A stretch of 62,260 nt of DNA, filler included, from Sphacelaria rigidula (GCA_964200075.2; 8 parts of 8 records of this genome joined end to end with filler, not necessarily neighbours in it), one strand, 5' to 3'; shown: positions 1 to 12,871, counted from the first letter of the whole stretch. Made by a program: numbers and translations. Notes: a model not told the origin generated them from the sequence alone.

Positions 1-1628
1 GGAGAAAATTGCCTGTAGGCGGGCTGAAATCTTCATATTTGTACAAATCGAGATCCGTTGCCATAAAAGTGGGTCTAACACATGACACTTACAGTACGAC
101 TACTACTGTCTGTAGTGTTGGAGAGTTGGTAGCAATGGAGATGAACTTCAACCGCATTCAGCAGTCCCGACGGCGGGCGGGTATATTTGTGGTTTCATAT
201 ACAAGTGTACAGACGCGAGAGCTTCAGTGGATTCATACTTGATAAATTTCAAGTGTTTCTTTCCGTACTTCAACTTGTATGCCGACTATACTCCTTTTTT
301 CATCATAACGAAGGAAAAGAAAATTGGAAGCGTAATGCAAAGCAGAGCAATCTAAAAAAGTGAAGTGTTGCGGGATACAGCCGTATTTTTTTCCCCACGG
401 AGTTATGAGATTTCGTAGTATTTCCCTTAAATCAGGATCACTCTGACTTTCCATTTTCTTTTCTTTCTCTTCGTATCCCTCGACAAGTTGTGCGTCTAGA
501 TTAAGATATCGTGTCAAATTTTCAGCGCCCAACTCCTCAAATCCAGCGTGGCGTCAACGTTGTTCGGAGAAAAATATGTTGGTCAGCCCAGCTCGTAGCA
601 CAGAAACCAGTCGATATTCATATTTTCATGAAGCTTCATGGTTTGAATATTGAACAAACCATGGCGGGAGGTTCACCTCGACCTCCAAATACATGGTTCT
701 TCTTCACCTCTCCATACTTGTATCTTGGGCCCTACAGCGATCACTTCATTTTTGCGCCATTCGCGCAAGTTGTGGGCTTGGCGAATTGCAGTGAAATTTT
801 GCAAGGTTGTGTTCTGTAGAGTATATCGGCTGAAATTCGGGCATTAACACAGGTATTTCATGGGTAAATACCCTTCCAAACCTTATCGGATTATTCGCAA
901 CAAGGCTCAACACCCTTCCGAACCACACCGAAATGTTTGGCACACCTTTCGGTATGGTTGAGTTAGCCACGCAAAAGATTCCCAGGTACGGAATGGAAAA
1001 AAACGTACATCATGACTGTCAAGCGCGCACCGGAACGTCTTCGTCCCATGAGACGGAAGCTGCATGGTTAGGTGCACAAGGCTCCATCACGGTAAAACGA
1101 CGACAACGTATAACTCTCATAGTAACCGTGGCCTACGAGGGGGCAATATTCCTGTTCGAAGGTGGGCGGGCATCAATAGAGTATGACCAGTTTCACAGAA
1201 AAATGACAACAAGCGGCTGTGTGTGTTAGCATGCCCCTCAGTATGGTGCACACGTCGGCAGATGACGGCAGTACTGTTGTCGGCTGCCGGAAAAGGTTTT
1301 GTCCCTTTATTGCCGTGAAGGAAACGATAGTGTGCCCTGACCGCACGCTACAGACGGAATCGAATTCTCGCATGCGCGGAGGGCAGTTTCTGGCCACCGT
1401 TACAAGGCGATCGTATATAGCCGTGACGTCGCCCCCAACGCATGACAACACCACTGACTGATCCGAGACGGGGGGTTGTACCAGATACAGTCATGCATAC
1501 TTGCCCCGCCCTTTCTCTCGCTGCGGTACGTGATACACCCAGATTTTGTTCTAGACTGGTTCGTAATAACATCCTTCAAAATGTACAAGGCTAGTGGTCG
1601 AATCGTGAAACGTGAAGCATATTCTTAC

Positions 1629-3208
1629 TTGCGCACAAGTCTGCCGATAGCTCATCGAAGTACTCGCTGGGATACTCCGGCTCCATCTCAAGAGTGGCCT
1701 TGTCCACTCGCTTTTCCTGAACGAGCCGGAGCAGGAGCGAAGGCGATGAGAAGATTCAGTATTGTCTCTTCCTTGTCCAAAAAATAATATTCAACCCCAA
1801 CCAACCATCCAACCATCCAACCATCCATCCTCGGACAATCTTGACTTAATTAATTATGAATATATATCTGTAGATTTGGCGAGGTGTAAATATTGTTGCT
1901 ACTTTGGCTACAGGCAGGCTTGTCGCTACAAGTGTGTGAGCGTGGCCGGCATTTGAAGATACTGGTGCGTACGTTTGTGAGTAACACAAAACCAGGAATT
2001 TGACAGTTTGTAACATACAATATGATGAGGCCCCACCTTATCCTGAATGGTGTCCGCACACCACGCGAGTGCACGTTCTGTCCTGAATGGACTCATTCCA
2101 CGCAGGAACTCGTACAAGATGCAGCCAAGGCTGAACCAGTCGACGCACTCGTTGTAAGGCACCCGTTTCCCAGCTGCATCCCGCAGGCGCATTTCTGGTG
2201 CCCAATCTGGTGAAGCAGACGACGTTTTGTTGAGGAACACAAGGGGTTCAACACTTTTACGTCAACACCAGTGAAAACACCCGCACAACCTCAATTTTTG
2301 CGGGCGAACATATTGCATTTCCCATCATCAGTATCCACTCAGGAGTGGTACGTATCCGCAAACACGGCAGCACGCAAAGTGTTACTTGCGTGCCGCTGGT
2401 TACGCGACTGGACCTATGACCTATGGTACAATGTTTGGCGTCGCTTCTGTGCAACCGCTACTTGAGTGACTGGTGAAAAATAACTTGAACGTACTGCACA
2501 CGTCATGGAATCGACTCTTTAGCACCAGACATTTGACCCATGGGTCGATAACTACATCATCATATATTCAAATTTAAAGGAGTTCCGCAAGTGCAGCAGC
2601 CATTAGCCATACATTTTTCCCGGGATACTGTACATGCTACTTGGTATCTCACATCCTCTGGTACCGCATGCACCCGTAAGGTGAGGGGTAACCTTGCACG
2701 CCAGGCCCATATCTGATATCCGTGAGCGCCCATATTCGTCCAGCATCACGTTCTCAGGTTTGAGATCTCGGTAGACAATCCCTTGCTGGTGAAGATGGCG
2801 TATGCCCAAGATAGTCCGTGCCGTGTAATACTGAGCCATCTCCGGCCTGAAGACACCCTTCTGCTGAAGATGAAACCCCAAATCACCTGCGAGCGAACCG
2901 GCATGCAACGGTTCACAGAATGAGCACGCGCCCTCGAAATTGTTGTTCGTTGAAGGAGGGCCATTGCCTGAACGGACGCCTAAACCGATTACACGGAGGT
3001 ATCCGCCGACACAGACGGCGTTCAGCGGACGCTCACGTTGAGATGAGCTGCTGCTCGTAGACTCACCACACAATGGATTGCAGAGCACGAGTTGCACGAG
3101 TTACACGGCATGACACCACAATGACAAGTGTCCCCTCTTACCTCCAGTCATTAAATCCAAGATGAGGAATAGATCGTGCTTCGACTCGAAGGCGTACTTG
3201 AGCGAAAC
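1629..3208 (-). CDS. G protein-coupled receptor kinase (GRK2/beta-ARK-like AGC kinase), partial; exons 3142-3208, 2653-2886, 2037-2206, 1629-1716
   Basis: Four exons with AG/GT borders splice in frame to VSLKYAFESKHDLFLILDLMTGGDLGFHL...IVYRDLKPENVMLDEYGRSRISDMGLACKV...GTRGYWAPEM...VDWFSLGCILYEFLRGMSPFR...QDKEKRVDKATLEMEPEYP. This matches GRK2-type LILDLMxGGDL, RISDxGLAC and DWFSLGC. N-lobe/RGS and C-terminal exons were not found on this scaffold. Confidence 0.9.
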
Positions 3209-4789
3209 CTGACAGCGCAAGTAACGAGCAACCGACGTACGAACGTCCTCATTGTCAACACACGTTTGACATCAACGATCAACCACAACTCGAAGTATGG
3301 TGGGATACCAGAGACTGCTCAAGAAGCGAAACAACACCTCGTCTCGTTGTGTCCTTCAATAATTGGATGGGCGGTACCCGAATGGTTGAATACGGCTAGG
3401 TAGCGACATAGGCGAGATGTAGGTATTCTGTAGAGGCACATATCGAACAAATATCACAAATTGAAAAAACCGGAATGGTAATTGCCGTCAGCTTGGGCTT
3501 GCTTGACATAGAATTTCCTTTGGCAACTTCCACACACGCATGATTGACTTGGCAGGCTTTTCGGTTCATCCAGAACCAGGCACACTTCGCAGCTAACTGC
3601 AGTTTGGTATTTCGTTTCATGAGAACTTGTCAGATCGCAGTGCTACGTGAAGTGAAAGATGCGCGTTGATTTGCAGATTACCACGATGTGTCATAGTAGG
3701 CACAACTCGCGATAGATCGTCAGTTAAAACCGGCTGAAGGAAAGTCCGCTTCTTAGGCGACCCAGCCTGTACGGGATATATGTGGCTCAGCAATAATACT
3801 GTATTCGCCGCTAAAATCTAGGCATCATTTTCAGCGAGTGGGGATCTAGGTCGAAAAATGATCACAAGACTCGCAGCACGAGCAACACTTAGTAGCAAAC
3901 GAAACAAATGTCTCGTCCACACCGAAGATTAACTGTCGACTAAGCTCACGACTCTGCGAGTAGAGAAACGGCACAACACAGCTCTTCGCGACTTATACAC
4001 ATGTGACGGAAGCCCATGGCGAGTACAACAGAGCGTGCTTCACGCGCTTTGCAAGTTCGGAAAGGATGGAGCTTACTCACATGGCTGCTACTACCATCCA
4101 GTACATAATAGTACAGCAGTATAGCATGAAGTTTTGAAATTTTGGAGGCCACGGTGCAGAACGTGTCCATGCTCAAGCCTCATGCACGAACTTTGTCGTG
4201 CTGTGCTCGGGTGATGGCGCCAGAGTTATTTGAAGAATAAAAGTGTTGTACGGGAACTGACGAAATGACTACATGAATACGATTGGACAGGCCTCACTCG
4301 GCGCGTGCTACTATTGGACGTAGCCAACCCTACCACAGCGGGGTGCCTACTTTGTAAGTGTGTACCGATCGGGTGTAGACACTTTTTTCATCAACTTTAC
4401 GCAATCATAGGCGAGTGTGAAAACGAGACTTGTGACTCGGGGATGTGAACGTTTCACTCTTGACGCTCTCCTGACGCCACACCTTGATCTCTGCATAGTA
4501 TTGGAATATAGATCGCTTTGCTTCGCATTGCGGTTCCAATTTTTCCATCTTTTTTAACATTGGAAATGTAATGGAAAAGGGACAGAACAGATAGACGCCT
4601 TCAATGAAGAGCGATGGGACGCACCTTCTTTGGCGGCATCTGAGCCGCCGACGTGAAGGAGAGAGAGTGCTAGAGCTGTTAGGGCCCTTTTTAACGAAAG
4701 GGATTCCCCTTTTTCACAGCGACCCCCCCGCTGGTAGACTGAGATAGACGCATGATCCAGATAGACTACCCTCGCGGTCTAGGGAGTAA

Positions 4790-4885
4790 CCCTTAAACCG
4801 CGAGATTAGTCTATCTGGATCATGCATACTTTTTTTTCACTCGAAATTGGTGCCGATTCAAAATACTTACCTCGCGGTCTAAGGG
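4790..4885. mobile_element. piggyBac-like MITE (~96 bp)
   Basis: TIR CCCTTAAACCGCGAG...CTCGCGGTCTAAGGG, flanks GTAA/TTAA. A homologous copy lies at 46436-46533 and an inverted partial copy at 4750-4784. Confidence 0.7.
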
Positions 4886-5369
4886 TTAACGAAACAAGGA
4901 AAATGAGAATGCTATCTGCGGACATAAGCATGAAAACCACGGGACTATAGTTCATACCAGGGCTCACGGCAGTAGACACACTACGCGTTAGCGACTTCAC
5001 CACTAACCCATCCACACGTGGTAGGTCGGCCATGCCCCATACGCGCTCGAGTATCCATAGGCCACAAATATGTGAATATGTGGACGTGCGAAGAAGAAAA
5101 GATCATTTTGTAGAAAATTAAAAGATATACCGTGTACGTCTCCCTGGTACAGGCAGGCTCAAGAACAGCAATCCTAAACACTCATAAATCTTCCCAAGTC
5201 ACCCACTGTGTTCAATCGCGTTCGATCATGATTACCGACAATCGCGTTCGATCATGCCTACCGAGAAAAAAGCCGCTGGAGATCACTAACCGTGCAGAAA
5301 AACGGACAGACTGGCGCGCTGGGCCTCGCCCAAGCTCAAGTCCAACGTGCGGTGGTAGTGAAGACAAGG

Positions 5370-6545
5370 GTGATGAGGTATCACTTGAACGATGCGCGTG
5401 AGTGGTGCGTGTCTGTGCATGTTTTTTCAGGGTCGGCAGCATACCTTGGACCTGCTTGGACTAACGACCACACAAAAACATTGATTTGTGGACCGCGCAG
5501 ATCTGGGTTCAAAGTTTTCGAACTTGAATACAGCCCGTCAATCGGCGCAAGTATATGAAGGGTTATGCGGAGACTGGGAGTTTGACCGGTTTTTGTTGCA
5601 CGCACGCATCGCCTTTCATCGAATACTGGACGGATTTCGGTCAAACAAAGGCTGTCGTGTGTGGATGATGAGGTATTGCTTGAACGATGCGCGTGGGTGG
5701 TGGGTGTCTGTGGGTGTTTTTTCAGGGCTGGATGTGCAGGTGTTGTGCTCCGTTGTTGCATCTCGTCGGCATCATTACACAGACCTTGGACCTGCTTGGA
5801 CTAACGGCCACTGCCTCACCCGCTGCATTTCTCAACCTGCGTACGGATCTATTTATCTGGGTTACAACTTCTTACGTTTGAATATTTGAATATAGTCCGT
5901 CTTCAGGTTTCGAGCGGTGAATGAAATTAGCCGAAGAACTAAAACATGGGACATGTCTTGTCTCATTGTCTCATTGTATTGCATCACAAACACACTCCGC
6001 TTTCATGTGATGTAGCTATCACTGTTGTGGGGTGTGTTTAGACCTTACGAAGACGGTTTGGTCTCCGCTGAGATTGCTTGATTGCTGTATTGTTGATTTT
6101 GTCTCTCTGTAACCAAGTTGTAACAAAAAGGATCAATCAGGACGCTGTGATTTTGCAACGAGAGAAGCTGATGCATACTGTATACAGTCCATCTTCAGGT
6201 TCTAAAACTAGATTAATGCGAAGACTGGGAGTTCTTCCGTTTTTCGTTGCACGCACGCGTCGCCTTTCATCGAATACTGGACGGATTTCCGTCAAACAAA
6301 GGCTGTCGTGTGTGGATGTCTGTGCGTGTCGTTTCAGGGCTGGGTGTGCAAGTGTTGTGCTCCGTTGTTGCATCTTGCGCAGACGGTTTGGTCTCCGCTG
6401 AGATTGCTTGATGTGCTGTATTGTTGTGTTCATCTCTCTGTAACCAAGCTGTAACATAAAATATCAATCAGGACGCTGTGATTTTGCAACGAGAGAAGCT
6501 GATGCATACTGTACACAGTCCATCTTCAGGTTCTAGAACTAGAAA
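5370..6545. repeat. Mosaic locally duplicated repeat block
   Basis: 5370-5470 ~ 5665-5810, 5565-5665 ~ 6215-6320 and 6050-6210 ~ 6380-6545 are visibly near-duplicate segments. Confidence 0.8.
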
Positions 6546-7514
6546 ACACTGCAGAACTACCGTGTTGTCTTGTGTTGAGGGTAGTATTATGTTCTTCATA
6601 CACCACTGCAAAATTATCTTGTTTTTGAGTGTGCTACCCTGTACTCCATATAATGGCGTCATGGTTCGAGCAATTTTTCAAAAAGTTCTGCCCGTTTTTT
6701 TCAAAGTATTCCGAAAAAAACGAGAGTGTTGTCACAGAAATCTAATGCCGAATCTGGAATAGCCCTAGACAACAACCAATTTGAAAATTGGAATGTTGAC
6801 ATACACACAAAACGTGATGAAAGGTACAAGATACAAGAGACCAGCGACAAAAAACCAGACGACCTCAAACCCTCTCCATGGATTTTCACACAATAGTTGA
6901 AGGTTTTAGGGAGACTATATCACTGCAGTTTCAGATGGTAACCGAGTGACACCATTTTCATGTAATACACACATACGCACGGCGACTATCAAGTAGGTAT
7001 ATATGCAGGGGGGGGGGTACAAAGGCGCATAGACGAGTATCTACATTTTGCTGCGCATGCGGTGCCAACATCGAGGCTCAATGCTGCAGCTGCGGAGTTT
7101 TACCCTAGAAGGGGAACCAAACTGAACCCCGTAGCTGTAGCGTTTTACCCGGCGTTGATACACTGTCACGGAAAGCACGTTGATGGAGATGGGGCACGTG
7201 TGAGTAAGTATCAGATTCGGCGGACTGGAGACAGCGGCCGACGCGGGATGGGAGGGCTGCACCCTTCCCGCGAGACCAAAAAGCAAGGCAAGTACCGTGA
7301 TAGACGTGACGAAGCAAAATCGGAACATAAATTTTATTTTATTTCATGTCATTTCTTTTTTTCCCATCGTTTCAACTATTTCATTTTATTTGCTCTGTAC
7401 TTTCCTCTTGTTTTCTTTTTTCTTACTTTAGGTCGGCCATTTCTTTCCGTGCTTTGCTTGTGTTGACTTTTCATTACTTTTTTGTCACGACTTAGTCTTA
7501 GATGTCGTTCTGTT

Positions 7515-7696
7515 CGACCACTCTCTTTTTTTCTTTTTCTGTTCCTATTTTTTCTGTTTCTCTTCATTTTTTTTTTATTGGAGCGTGCTCGAGTTTCGTC
7601 TTTCTTGGGTACGTATATCATGAGACCACAGCTGACACTTTCTACGATAGCCCCCCCCAAAACCAGCTAAAAGTGCCACGAAAACAATGGCCATAC
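7515..7696 (+). mobile_element. Non-LTR retroposon 3' end (same family as the (CAAT)n-tailed copies)
   Basis: Pyrimidine-rich tract plus GAGCGTG..TTCTTGGGTACGT..ATCATGAGACCAC core shared with 47085-47267, 55415-55535 and (3' part only) 20861-20925. Confidence 0.65.
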
Positions 7697-7796
7697 NNNN
7701 NNNNNNNNNNNNNNNNNNNNNNNNNNNNNNNNNNNNNNNNTTAATTAATTAANNNNNNNNNNNNNNNNNNNNNNNNNNNNNNNNNNNNNNNNNNNN
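7697..7796. other. Artificial scaffold linker N44-TTAATTAATTAA-N44 (also 15493-15592, 23288-23387, 31083-31182, 38878-38977, 46673-46772, 54467-54566)
   Basis: Seven identical 100-nt linkers carry stop codons in all six frames, and the intervening segment lengths fall monotonically from 7696 to 7694. Confidence 0.97.
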
Positions 7797-7990
7797 CGTC
7801 TCGAAAGGGATGCGTGGTCAATGGTCACACGACTAAGGCAAGCAACAAATCAGTACGCCCCCCTCCCCCCCGCGCGCGCGCCCTCCTCCGCTCGATTCGT
7901 TCAACCGTCGCTTTCATGTATGTTGAGGATGGGAGGTCCTCCACTCTCGGGGTAAGCAAATCCTCGGAACTGCTTACCCCCTGTCCCTCC
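7797..7990 (+). mobile_element. Probable 3' end of a LINE ORF
   Basis: Reads SRKGCVVNGHTTKASNK followed by a C-rich tract. I recall this as the C-terminus of the LINE family seen at 22370-23287, but the two pieces do not overlap so it cannot be confirmed in the window. Confidence 0.4.
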
Positions 7991-9158
7991 CCACCGTCCG
8001 GTGCTTTGAAGCAATAGCGGGGATGCTAGACCATTCGTCCCAACTAATTAGTATTTCCGTGAAATTACTCCGTTCGTGCCGATCTACCTTTCTCGGAGAC
8101 AAAACTATTGAGCTACAAGTGAAAACTGCTTTCTGGTACCGTAGTTCTCTGCTTTCTGGTACCGTAGTTCTACCAGAGATGCTGAGTAGATAATGATTTT
8201 CGGACACCGAGTACTGGCATGGAGATACTTGTTTCACACCCCTGCGTCGTACGGTGAACATGGTTTTATAAAATATCTTTGGGGTTCTAGACCATCATCC
8301 CCGGAGAGTGAGCAGCTCCACGGAATTACCGATTGATCCCATGTGCCTGCGCTCATTGTGAACGCAGTTTTCAAGCTGTATTGGGGACGCTCCGACGTCA
8401 GTCCTGGATAAAAGAGGTAGATTAAAGTTCATACAGTGAGTACACGTTCCATATCTTCCTACGCACGCACTTCTACAGGAAAAAAAGGGGTAGGCACGAA
8501 AGTGTTGAAACGAAGCGAACCAGAGTTCAAGTGCCGCCCGCCTTGAGGAGGCGGTTGAGAAATTCACAACAGTATGGCTTGTGCAAAAATACATGTGGTC
8601 CATTCGCACTGCCATACACAATTTCAGCGCTGATAAAAATTTTACACAAGCGATAGGCTAAAAATACTTCCCTCCCCCTGTCGCAGTTTCGCGTTCAAGC
8701 CGGACCGGGAATCGCGAGGGCAGTATACTCTGCTGGCTCATTGCGTGGGACCACCTAGACGAAAGCCCCCGCATCGTACGTTTAACGGCACCTCCAGTGG
8801 TTCCGCTGCCAGGGCATCGACAGCCGCCGCCTTTATAGCTTGCTCTTCATTCTCCCCGAGACGCTGCCGAAAGCGTTTGGGGAAGATATCCGCGATCCTG
8901 CTACCCCGCGCCCGGTTATCGGCATTGTTCGTGTTCTCTGGATCTTCTTTTTCAGGTCGGGATTTGCTGACGTACCTGGAGAACCAATAGGGGCACCGAG
9001 AACGCGCAGATAATTACGGTAGCACTGTTCAGCTGCACCGACACACACTATCATTTCGCACTGGATCCAACTCGGGTTTCTGGAAGGACGGACGGTTGTG
9101 ATACGAGTTTTCATAAGATGAAGTAAAAAAAAGAGTGAAAGCTTCCAAGGTTCTGTTC

Positions 9159-9553
9159 TGTAGGGTACGGGTTCGTATACCCGGGGTATTTTTCCGGGTA
9201 TGATCCCCGTTCCCGACAGTTTTGTTACTTCTGTAAGACTGTCATACCGGTACCCGATAGCTCTCTGACTTCTGTAACTCTTTCATATCGGTACCCGATA
9301 ATTCTGTGAGTTTTGTGAGCCTCCCATACCCTTACCCGACACTTCTGTAAGCTCTGTACAAGATTTTTTACCCTTACCCGTGGCGCAGGTATACCCTTAT
9401 AAAAATACGCAGTTGCGGGTTCGGTTTTCTGTTCAACATTCATACCCTTCAGAACAAGTTCTGTGAGTTTTCTAAGACTTCCACACCAGTCCCCGATAGT
9501 TCTGTAACTTCTGTAAGGAATCTCGTACCCATAGAATATACCCGTACCCTGCA
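9159..9553. mobile_element. TIR element with internal degenerate ACTTCTGTAAG repeats
   Basis: TGTAGGGTACGGGT...ACCCGTACCCTGCA inverted ends. An internal fragment (GTTGCGGGTTC.GTTTTCTGT.CAAC) recurs at ~61160-61255 in the tubulin intron. Confidence 0.65.
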
Positions 9554-10054
9554 TAACCCATACTTGCGAGGCTCAGAACCTTCCATCACGGAGAAGAGAA
9601 AATCCATCGTACCGGGAACGTTCGACCTGAGTATGCCGAATGAAAAAAAAACGTGGTATATCACCATCCGTAAAAAAAAAACGGTCAAGATTTAGCGGAT
9701 GCTTTTGACAGAATCCCGGTAGGCACCGTACTATACCGCGGTAAATAGTATACCGCCCCCTCATGAAACCCCCGGGTGATGACTTCTCGTGTCCCAATAA
9801 CCTGTCATCTGGAAATCGTATGCCATATCACCTACGGCAATGGCCCCGAATTCGAAACTCATACGAGTGGACATGTGCGGTGTGGTGCTCGAGTGATCCG
9901 GAGATGTAACATATGGAGTCGTGCAACAGCAGCGAGTGGGACCCGTTTCGTCGCAGTATGTTCCATGGAACGCCCGTACAAATGGAAGTGACAAATGGCC
10001 CGAGACTTCCCCCTTCTCTGTCGCTTCATGACTTGTGGAAGGAATAGCACACCT

Positions 10055-10320
10055 GAGCGATGCTACGGTAGGGGTGCACGTTTTGCGCAAACACTTGTCT
10101 GGTTCAGGGGCTCCTAACGATTCTAGATGCACAAGAATATGGGTCAGGGCATCCTCATTTGCAAATTCATTTTCAGGATATATATCCCTAGCACATTGGA
10201 ATAATCATCTTGGCGTAGTCTCACAAATTCCACAAGTCGTGTTTTGGATGAGATGAAGGGCTCCTAACAATTCTAGCCTCAGAAAATACTCACTTGTGCA
10301 CCCCTACCGTAGCCTCACTC
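10055..10320. mobile_element. MITE with GAG...CTC termini (Sola2-like, tentative)
   Basis: TIR GAGCGATGCTACGGTAGGGGTGCAC / GTGCACCCCTACCGTAGCCTCACTC with flanks ACCT/GCCT. Related copies at ~17899-18150 and 31859-32117, and an orphan end at 31264-31288. Confidence 0.7.
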
Positions 10321-10814
10321 GCCTCAACCTCAATAAGTGGATGCCAGAGAAATATCTTCACGGTTTCTTGCCCTTTGTTATGTCTCTACCTCGCTTTATG
10401 TTCAACCCGTCTGTTATCGATATTCAGCACAGCTGTGTCATGGCCATGACTATAGATTCGTCCCGTAATAGTGAATGCAAGCGACAACTCCATCACTCAA
10501 CCGACGAATATTTTTTCACCTGCCGAGGGCGCCCTGGAGCATGGTCTTTATATGTGGTCCCTCCAGCGGGGATTGGCCGTGGGTACCGACGAACACCTTC
10601 ACGTCCCACCCTAGCACTCGATCGGCGACTTCCGCGCTGATGGTGACATCATTAATCACAATGCCAACCGCGTCAGCCAAGTGATACACAACTTAGTTGG
10701 CCTTCTCCACACCAGACATATAAAAGTGCTCAAATAAGCGTTCACGTGGGGTGGGGAAATGGTTGTTGAAGAGCAACCAGACATGTTCTTTTTTTTTGGG
10801 GGGGGGGGGGGGGG

Positions 10815-10965
10815 GCTACGCATGATCTTGCATGTAATAGTCATGAGACCATTGATCCCGTATCCCTACAAAGCCGGGACAGGGCACGCCGGGTTTTAGC
10901 CGGAACAGGCTCGCAATCAATCACCAAGCGCGAAGAGCCGTGATGTGTTTGGCGAGTCGCATGGA
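10815..10965 (+). repeat. Dispersed repeat family (GCGCGAAG.GCCGTGATGTGTTTGGCGAGTCGC core)
   Basis: Homologous copies at ~39730-40025, 46547-46672 and 46773-46895. Confidence 0.8.
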
Positions 10966-12871
10966 GGGGTGAGCTTGTTCTCTTTGGGGGGGAGGGGGGG
11001 GGAGCGGTCTGGGTTATCACCGTACTTCACTTTTTGGATTGCGATTCCTACATACGAACGTGAGAATGCGAAGCTCCACAGGAGGCTGACTACCGTGACA
11101 GGTGCCTTCGTGCTCTTGTTGTTGAGTTTCAGTTGGTCAATGTGATGCGGAGTGCACGCAGGTTACTTGGGATAGCGGTCAGCTCGTAAATTTCCCGATA
11201 ATGGTAGAAAACCCTCCGTGGGAGTTGTTGAGGGGGCCCAAGGTGGCGGGACCGCAGGCACGTCGGGAGCATGCCTCCCACACATGACTCTGTTCTCTGT
11301 TTTCCTTAACATGAAGTGGGAAGGAAGGAAGCAGGGCACGTCGTTTCTTCGGGCCGGGGAATCAAGTGCAAGATCCACACGCTTGAGAAAACGAGCATTG
11401 GTAGTGCTGGACATGCTATCCCTATGCACCAGGCGTTACACAAGGACCGGCTCCTTAACTAGGTTTTTTACAGTGCCATTAACGCTTTTTATTCCCCTTC
11501 TACGTTGTCCAGCACTCCGCCCTTCATATTCCCTCTGTCTGAGCTTCAAGATTTCGAGCCTGATGGACGTGCTCTACGGGGACGGCATGTACCCGTAACC
11601 GACAGTAACAGCCAATGGAAAATGACCGCCACGTTAGTCCCCTCGAGGACGTTTCTATAATTACTCTTGGGCGTACACACTACCAAGCGAGATCTTTAAA
11701 TCTCTCGGTATTGTAACTTGCGGTCGTCACAGTACAGGACTACCGGGATATCGTTTGTTTTCCATTTATTGTACTTCCTCACCTATTTCCCTTCATGGCG
11801 CGAAGGATGGTTCGGAGGGGTGGAGATACCGCCAGGGTTTTTACGCCCAACAGTGAACTGGTGCGGTCCAACAGTTTCCACCGCAACCGCCTGCCCATGC
11901 CTCTCCGAGCCGCGGGCGCAGCCGCCCGCCCGAGCGATTCTCCGAATTTCTGCGGGGTGCGAAAGTGAGAATAACAATTAGCAAAAACAAAAAATCGATT
12001 GCAATCGACGGGGTTAAGGAGTGAGAATTCAGCGCCCGATAGGAAGAGTACGAAACAAGAATCCACCGGGAGGTATGAATTTTTCCTTGGTACTGTAAGT
12101 TCTAGCGGCGGAAGGAGAGGAGGATTGAAGGGCTAAATATTCCTCCAGACAAAAAAAAAAACGCAAACGAGTTACTGAGGGAGCGATCTCGGCCGTAGAT
12201 ACAAGAATATACAGGGACACCAGCACCGAATGACAGTTTCGTCTGTGGCGGGCCGGGTCTGTCTGCCGGTACTGTACAGATCCGGCCCGGCCCGTCTGTA
12301 GCGGGCCGAGTACTTCAGGGAAGGCTCAAACGCTTGATTTTGGGCGGTGTCGGCTTACACTGCTTCATACTTACATGAGTGTAGGTGTCAGTCAGCAGTC
12401 GAATCCCCACTCCCTGCGCATAACTCCCATCCATTTATTCCGTCGGAAACAAGTCTCGCTTTCACTTTCTTTTGTGATGCCCGTTGTTCGTCGTGGGCCA
12501 GTAGTATACAATTCCCCTCCCCCCTACAAAACATATCACATCGCGTATCGTGCTAGGAATTTGTTTGAAGTTCCGGTTGTATTATACGTTGACCCTTCGG
12601 AAGCCTGTTACTACTGGTAATAGGCTAGACTTCCCTATCTAGCGTACGCGACGTCATGGAAAACACTCTTCGTCGAGTGAACCTGACGCAGGTTCGACAG
12701 AGATGGTCTCGCCTGAGCGCTTTACGGCAGAAGTGGACAGGACTTGCGAATGGTACGGATTCCAATCATCAGTCCACGACGTACAAATGTACGATGCATG
12801 GGTCCTTTACTACGCCCCACGCACTCATACATACATATACCTACATACATACATACATACATACACACATA

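Noticed and set aside
2300..2340. Hammerhead ribozyme-like CTGATGA...GAAA cores (also ~12735-12777, ~15400-15450, ~30596-30655)
   Set aside because: Each lacks a valid stem II, GAAA or NUH cleavage triplet.
4959..6767. hAT element enclosing the mosaic repeat (CAGGGCT...AGCCCTA)
   Set aside because: The TIR is very short and there is no 8-bp target-site duplication.
7741..7752. TTAATTAATTAA as a periodic biological motif or CRISPR-like repeat
   Set aside because: It is always embedded in N44 pads and is a synthetic six-frame stop linker.
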